33,231 bases of DNA from Chitinophagales bacterium. GTDB lineage: Bacteria > Bacteroidota > Bacteroidia > Chitinophagales > LD1. Below the pieces are notes generated by a model. That model was not told where the DNA came from and did no database searches. It worked only from the letters and a program-made list of their open reading frames with translations. The position numbers and the translations under genes are program-made. The stretch lies in NCBI GenBank assembly GCA_046598235.1, contig JBKJJB010000375.1, positions 1 through 33,231 on the forward strand. The letters are read 5' to 3'. Of the stretch, positions 33,148 to 33,231 are shown piece after piece. The first letter of the stretch is position 1. Each line of letters starts with the position of its first letter.

Positions 33148-33231
33148 ATGCTTTCCAATAAATCAATTCTAATTACCGGTGGTACCGGCTCACTCGGAAA
33201 AGAGCTGACCAAAACTATTTTACAAAAATGG
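33148..33231 (+). CDS. N-terminus of a polysaccharide-biosynthesis SDR (UDP-GlcNAc 4,6-dehydratase, PseB/CapD-like); the 3' end lies outside the window
   Basis: MLSNKSILITGGTGSLGKELTKTILQKW contains the Rossmann GxxGxxG motif in the context typical of PseB/FlaA1/CapD. Confidence 0.7.
   Translation, partial: MLSNKSILITGGTGSLGKELTKTILQKW

Noticed and set aside
1-33231. Search for mobile elements, defence systems, toxin-antitoxin pairs, tRNA/rRNA genes and prophage genes
   Set aside because: I saw no transposase, integrase, recombinase, restriction or Cas-like motifs, no terminal inverted repeats and no tRNA-like cloverleaf regions. The XRE genes are paired with signalling proteins rather than with toxin-like small ORFs.

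Overview
This window looks like a chromosomal segment of a Bacteroidota genome. Four secreted proteins carry T9SS type-A C-terminal sorting domains, and there is a DUF3276/PUR-like protein, a DUF5106/TlpA-like protein and several lipoprotein signal peptides. All domain and family names are recalled from sequence motifs read by eye; nothing was searched.

Contents from left to right:
- The 3' end of an rpoD-like sigma factor.
- A 1002-aa modular T9SS cargo protein.
- A regulatory cluster: XRE paralog, cytoplasmic 3xPAS histidine kinase, second XRE paralog, and a sigma-54-dependent response regulator.
- rnhA, an RlmI-like methyltransferase and a TlpA/thioredoxin-like protein.
- An orphan CheY-like receiver.
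- A seven-gene minus-strand operon led by a clear cobalamin riboswitch: DUF4465 T9SS protein, unknown T9SS protein, TonB-dependent receptor, beta-propeller lipoprotein, and BtuF-, BtuC- and BtuD-like components.
- A small Cys-rich lipoprotein, a PUR-like protein, an MsbA-like ABC exporter and a 594-aa Ig-repeat T9SS protein.
- A Lys-rich small protein and a decayed acyl-CoA dehydrogenase 5' remnant.
- A glycan locus: gmd, fcl, wzm, wzt, a PhyH-like dioxygenase, an FkbM methyltransferase, and the start of a PseB/CapD-like dehydratase.

The most interesting signals:
1. The B12 operon has T9SS-sorted accessory proteins, one of them of unknown fold.
2. Three short heptanucleotide tandem arrays sit inside coding regions of that operon.
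3. An identical 13-mer, in 20-bp-phased direct repeats, lies upstream of both XRE paralogs, with a sigma-54-like -24/-12 element next to a sigma-54 activator.

I saw no transposase, integrase, CRISPR array, tRNA or rRNA.
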